Shown here: positions 61,857 to 64,000 of the stretch, piece by piece
Numbering within the stretch: the first letter of the stretch is position 1
How the letters are laid out: each line of letters begins with the position of its first letter
Source of the DNA: Podarcis pityusensis
Lineage: Eukaryota
Assembly: GCA_964106645.2 (NCBI GenBank)
Contig: OZ067043.1
Direction: 5' to 3' (one strand)
DNA length: 64,000 nt
Made by a program: the position numbers and the translations under genes
The notes under the pieces: generated by a model
Database searches by the model: none
What the model saw: only the letters and a program-made list of their open reading frames with translations
Told to the model about the DNA's origin: nothing

Positions 61857-62070
61857 CTGAATCGTATGTGATATTGGAGGTATCACATAGAGCTATCATG
61901 ACTAGTATCCATTGATATTGTTATCCTCCATTAACTTGTATAATCCCCTTTTAAAGGCATCTTAGTTGCTGGCCAACCTAGACAGATTAACACTTTAGTA
62001 GCTCTGGGATAATAGGACAGGTACTCTTCTGTTAAAGAACACAAAGTATTAAATGGACAGCTCTCACAAT

Positions 62071-62377
62071 CAGGGACGGATTTAAGTTTGATGAGGCCTT
62101 AAGCTACTGAAGGTAATGGGGCCCTTTATATGTCCAGCTGTCCTTTGTCAACAACAAATTGTCGCTGTTTTTTGTGTTGAATATATGCTATATGGTAATT
62201 TATGGACCTAAAGCCATTTGCCACTGTTGTTGTAGGTAAGTTTTATTTTATTTGTTTTTTATCTTATATTTTGGAAATGTACATCCAGTTTTTTTTCTCT
62301 TTAATTTTTTTTTGGGCCCCCAAAAGAGTGGGCCCCTAAGCTATAGCTTGTTTAGATTATATGTAAATTTGGCACTG
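62071..62377. mobile_element. hAT MITE with perfect 8-bp TSD
   Basis: TSD CTCACAAT at 62063-62070 and 62378-62385; TIR CAGGGACGGATTTA / TAAATTTGGCACTG. Confidence 0.88.
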
Positions 62378-62645
62378 CTCACAATGAATGGATGTAAGAA
62401 CTGTGGTTCCCCATAGATCTGTATTGGGAGTGGTACCTTGTATCTTGCTCATAAATGATCTTGAGTTCAGGGTGAACAGTGAAATGACAAAATTTACTGA
62501 TAATGCACAATTAGTCAAGGTTGCGGGGGGAACAAAATGGACTGCAAGGAGTTCTAAAAGATTCTCAACAAGCTGTGTGAATGGGCATTACACTGGCAAA
62601 TGAGGTTTAGTGTAAACAAGTGATGCGTATCAGGGTAAAAAATTC
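62378..62645 (+). mobile_element. Old CR1 RT fragment (begins ~62000, split by the MITE)
   Basis: VVPHRSVLGVVPCILLINDLE..KFTDNAQL, a decayed GVPQGSVLGP.LF.IFINDL..KFADD. Confidence 0.7.
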
Positions 62646-63794
62646 ATTACACCAGATCCAACATACAGCATCACTGACAGGCCAGAAAGCATTAACAAAA
62701 AAGGCCACCAGGGCAGGACAATATGGAGCAGGCTTCAGATTTAGAGCCAAATATTCAGTCTGCTGCTTAGAAATGGATCGTGCATACTAGTCAGAATCTG
62801 CTGTTTCTTCCTCAAAAGCTTCTGTATAGGCTGAGAATCTAGTAATGCAATATTCTCCCAGCCAACTGCAACCTGGATATGGGCCACGGAATGTTGATGT
62901 TTGCCAGCAGCTGAGGCTCATGGCAAGCAAAAGTTTTTACTGTGCCAAAGGCAGCGCTGGCCCAAAGCAGTGAAATTGCTAACCCACATTTAGTATTCCT
63001 TCCCCAAGTGTTCCTGGCTGTCACCCTTCCTTTTAGGAGTTTTGAATCTGCTTCAATTTTTGAATTGGTAGAGTGTGAAAAAACAACAACAACCCCTAGT
63101 AGACTCGCACTGCAGTACTGTAAGTGTTGAGCCAAAATTTCCAAAACGTTGAACATTTGTCATGCCTGTATTTGACAGGAACTGAAACTATGGAGTGAAT
63201 GAAAATAAATGCCAAGTCGAATTGCAGAACCACAATGCACAGATCTAAACCTGCTTTGATTTTTCTCTGCGTGCGTTTCTCCCTTCTTTTTGCCAGTGTG
63301 ATTTGGCAAACTCTGCATGAGGAGCCAGGGATCTTGGAATTGTTCTGCTAATTTAACACTTGATGAGATGCTCCTCAAGCATCCTGTGACTGCCATATGT
63401 GACCCCTTTTAAATGGCATTAATGCTAATTCTGCTCCCAATTAAGCCATAGCTGTTATCATTAGGCTGTGTCAGCTCCCTGGAAGATGCCCCGGTCAATT
63501 AGATAACCCAATTAAGCTGCCAGCTCCCATAGAAGAGGCTAAACTGGATGGTGTCGGTATAGTATTGTCCATAGTGCCAGCCTGCCATCGTGGGATAGCA
63601 AACCAAAGCCTGGCCACAACGCTGTCTGTTTTACAGGTTGTGAAAATGCTGATCACAACATAAATTTCTTCCTGATTGACTGTTTGCATGTTGTGCTGCC
63701 AACCTGAAGGCCACAGCCAGCTGGTTCTGCCTTCAGGGAACAGATGTCATGTTTTGGAGCATCCGATTCGTACAGTCCAGATGTGCAGAGCTTA

Positions 63795-63935
63795 GTGGTT
63801 GCTGGGAATCACAAGTGGGGAGAGGGCTGTTGCGCCCAGGTTCTGCCTGCAGGCTCCCCATAGGTATTCTACTGGCCACTGTGAGGACAAGAAGCTGGAT
63901 GCAAGTAGACTGTGCCAGCAGTGATCTTCTTACAC
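63795..63935 (+). mobile_element. Old CR1 3' end
   Basis: GTTGCTGGGAATCAC..GGCTCCCCATAGGTAT..TGGCCACTGTGAGGACAAGAAGCTGGA..TCTTCTTA, homologous to 21500-21655. Confidence 0.7.
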
Positions 63936-64000
63936 TTTTATGTTCTCCAGGATATAGCTGTCCCTCCACTAATCCCTTTCTCCCATTCTTCTTTCTTACC

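Larger units (their letters stand above)
59508..61978 (-). mobile_element. Old CR1 3' end (parts 59508-59690 and 61857-61978) split by the L1 derivative
   Basis: CATAAAAAGAGCCCTGCTAGATC..CAGTGGCCAACCAGATGC resumes after the insert as TATCATGACTAGTATCCATTGAT..TCCTCCAT..TTTTAAAGGCATC. Confidence 0.75.

Noticed and set aside
1-64000. CRISPR array, prokaryotic operon or endogenous viral gene
   Set aside because: No regularly spaced direct repeats, no gene-dense region and no viral protein motifs; the sequence is vertebrate repeat-rich DNA.

Overview
Repeat-rich vertebrate genomic DNA, almost certainly squamate and probably a lacertid lizard (inferred from Sauria-type and CORE/Squam3-type SINEs plus lizard-type CR1, L2, RTE and L1 LINEs). 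I found no recognisable host protein-coding gene. The window reads as a large intron or gene desert in which TAAT-rich unique tracts (candidate conserved non-coding elements) alternate with transposon remnants: RTE, L2, CR1, L1, Penelope fragments, SINEs, hAT MITEs with 8-bp TSDs, Tc1/mariner-pogo MITEs with TA TSDs, solo-LTR-like elements and a DIRS/Ngaro-like terminal remnant. The five most notable observations: (1) a complete 2.17-kb internally deleted L1 derivative with a 20-bp TSD, whose ORF1 coiled-coil is fused in frame to the ORF2 C-terminus in a still-open ORF; (2) a ~320-nt multi-hairpin structured domain inside a DIRS/Ngaro-like remnant; (3) a solo LTR that itself appears to encode a decayed acidic/Trp-rich peptide ending in an RRSxRL-like motif; (4) a ~410-bp bipartite RTE derivative; (5) a perfect 46-bp inverted repeat. 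Family names come from motif recognition and recall, not from database searches.
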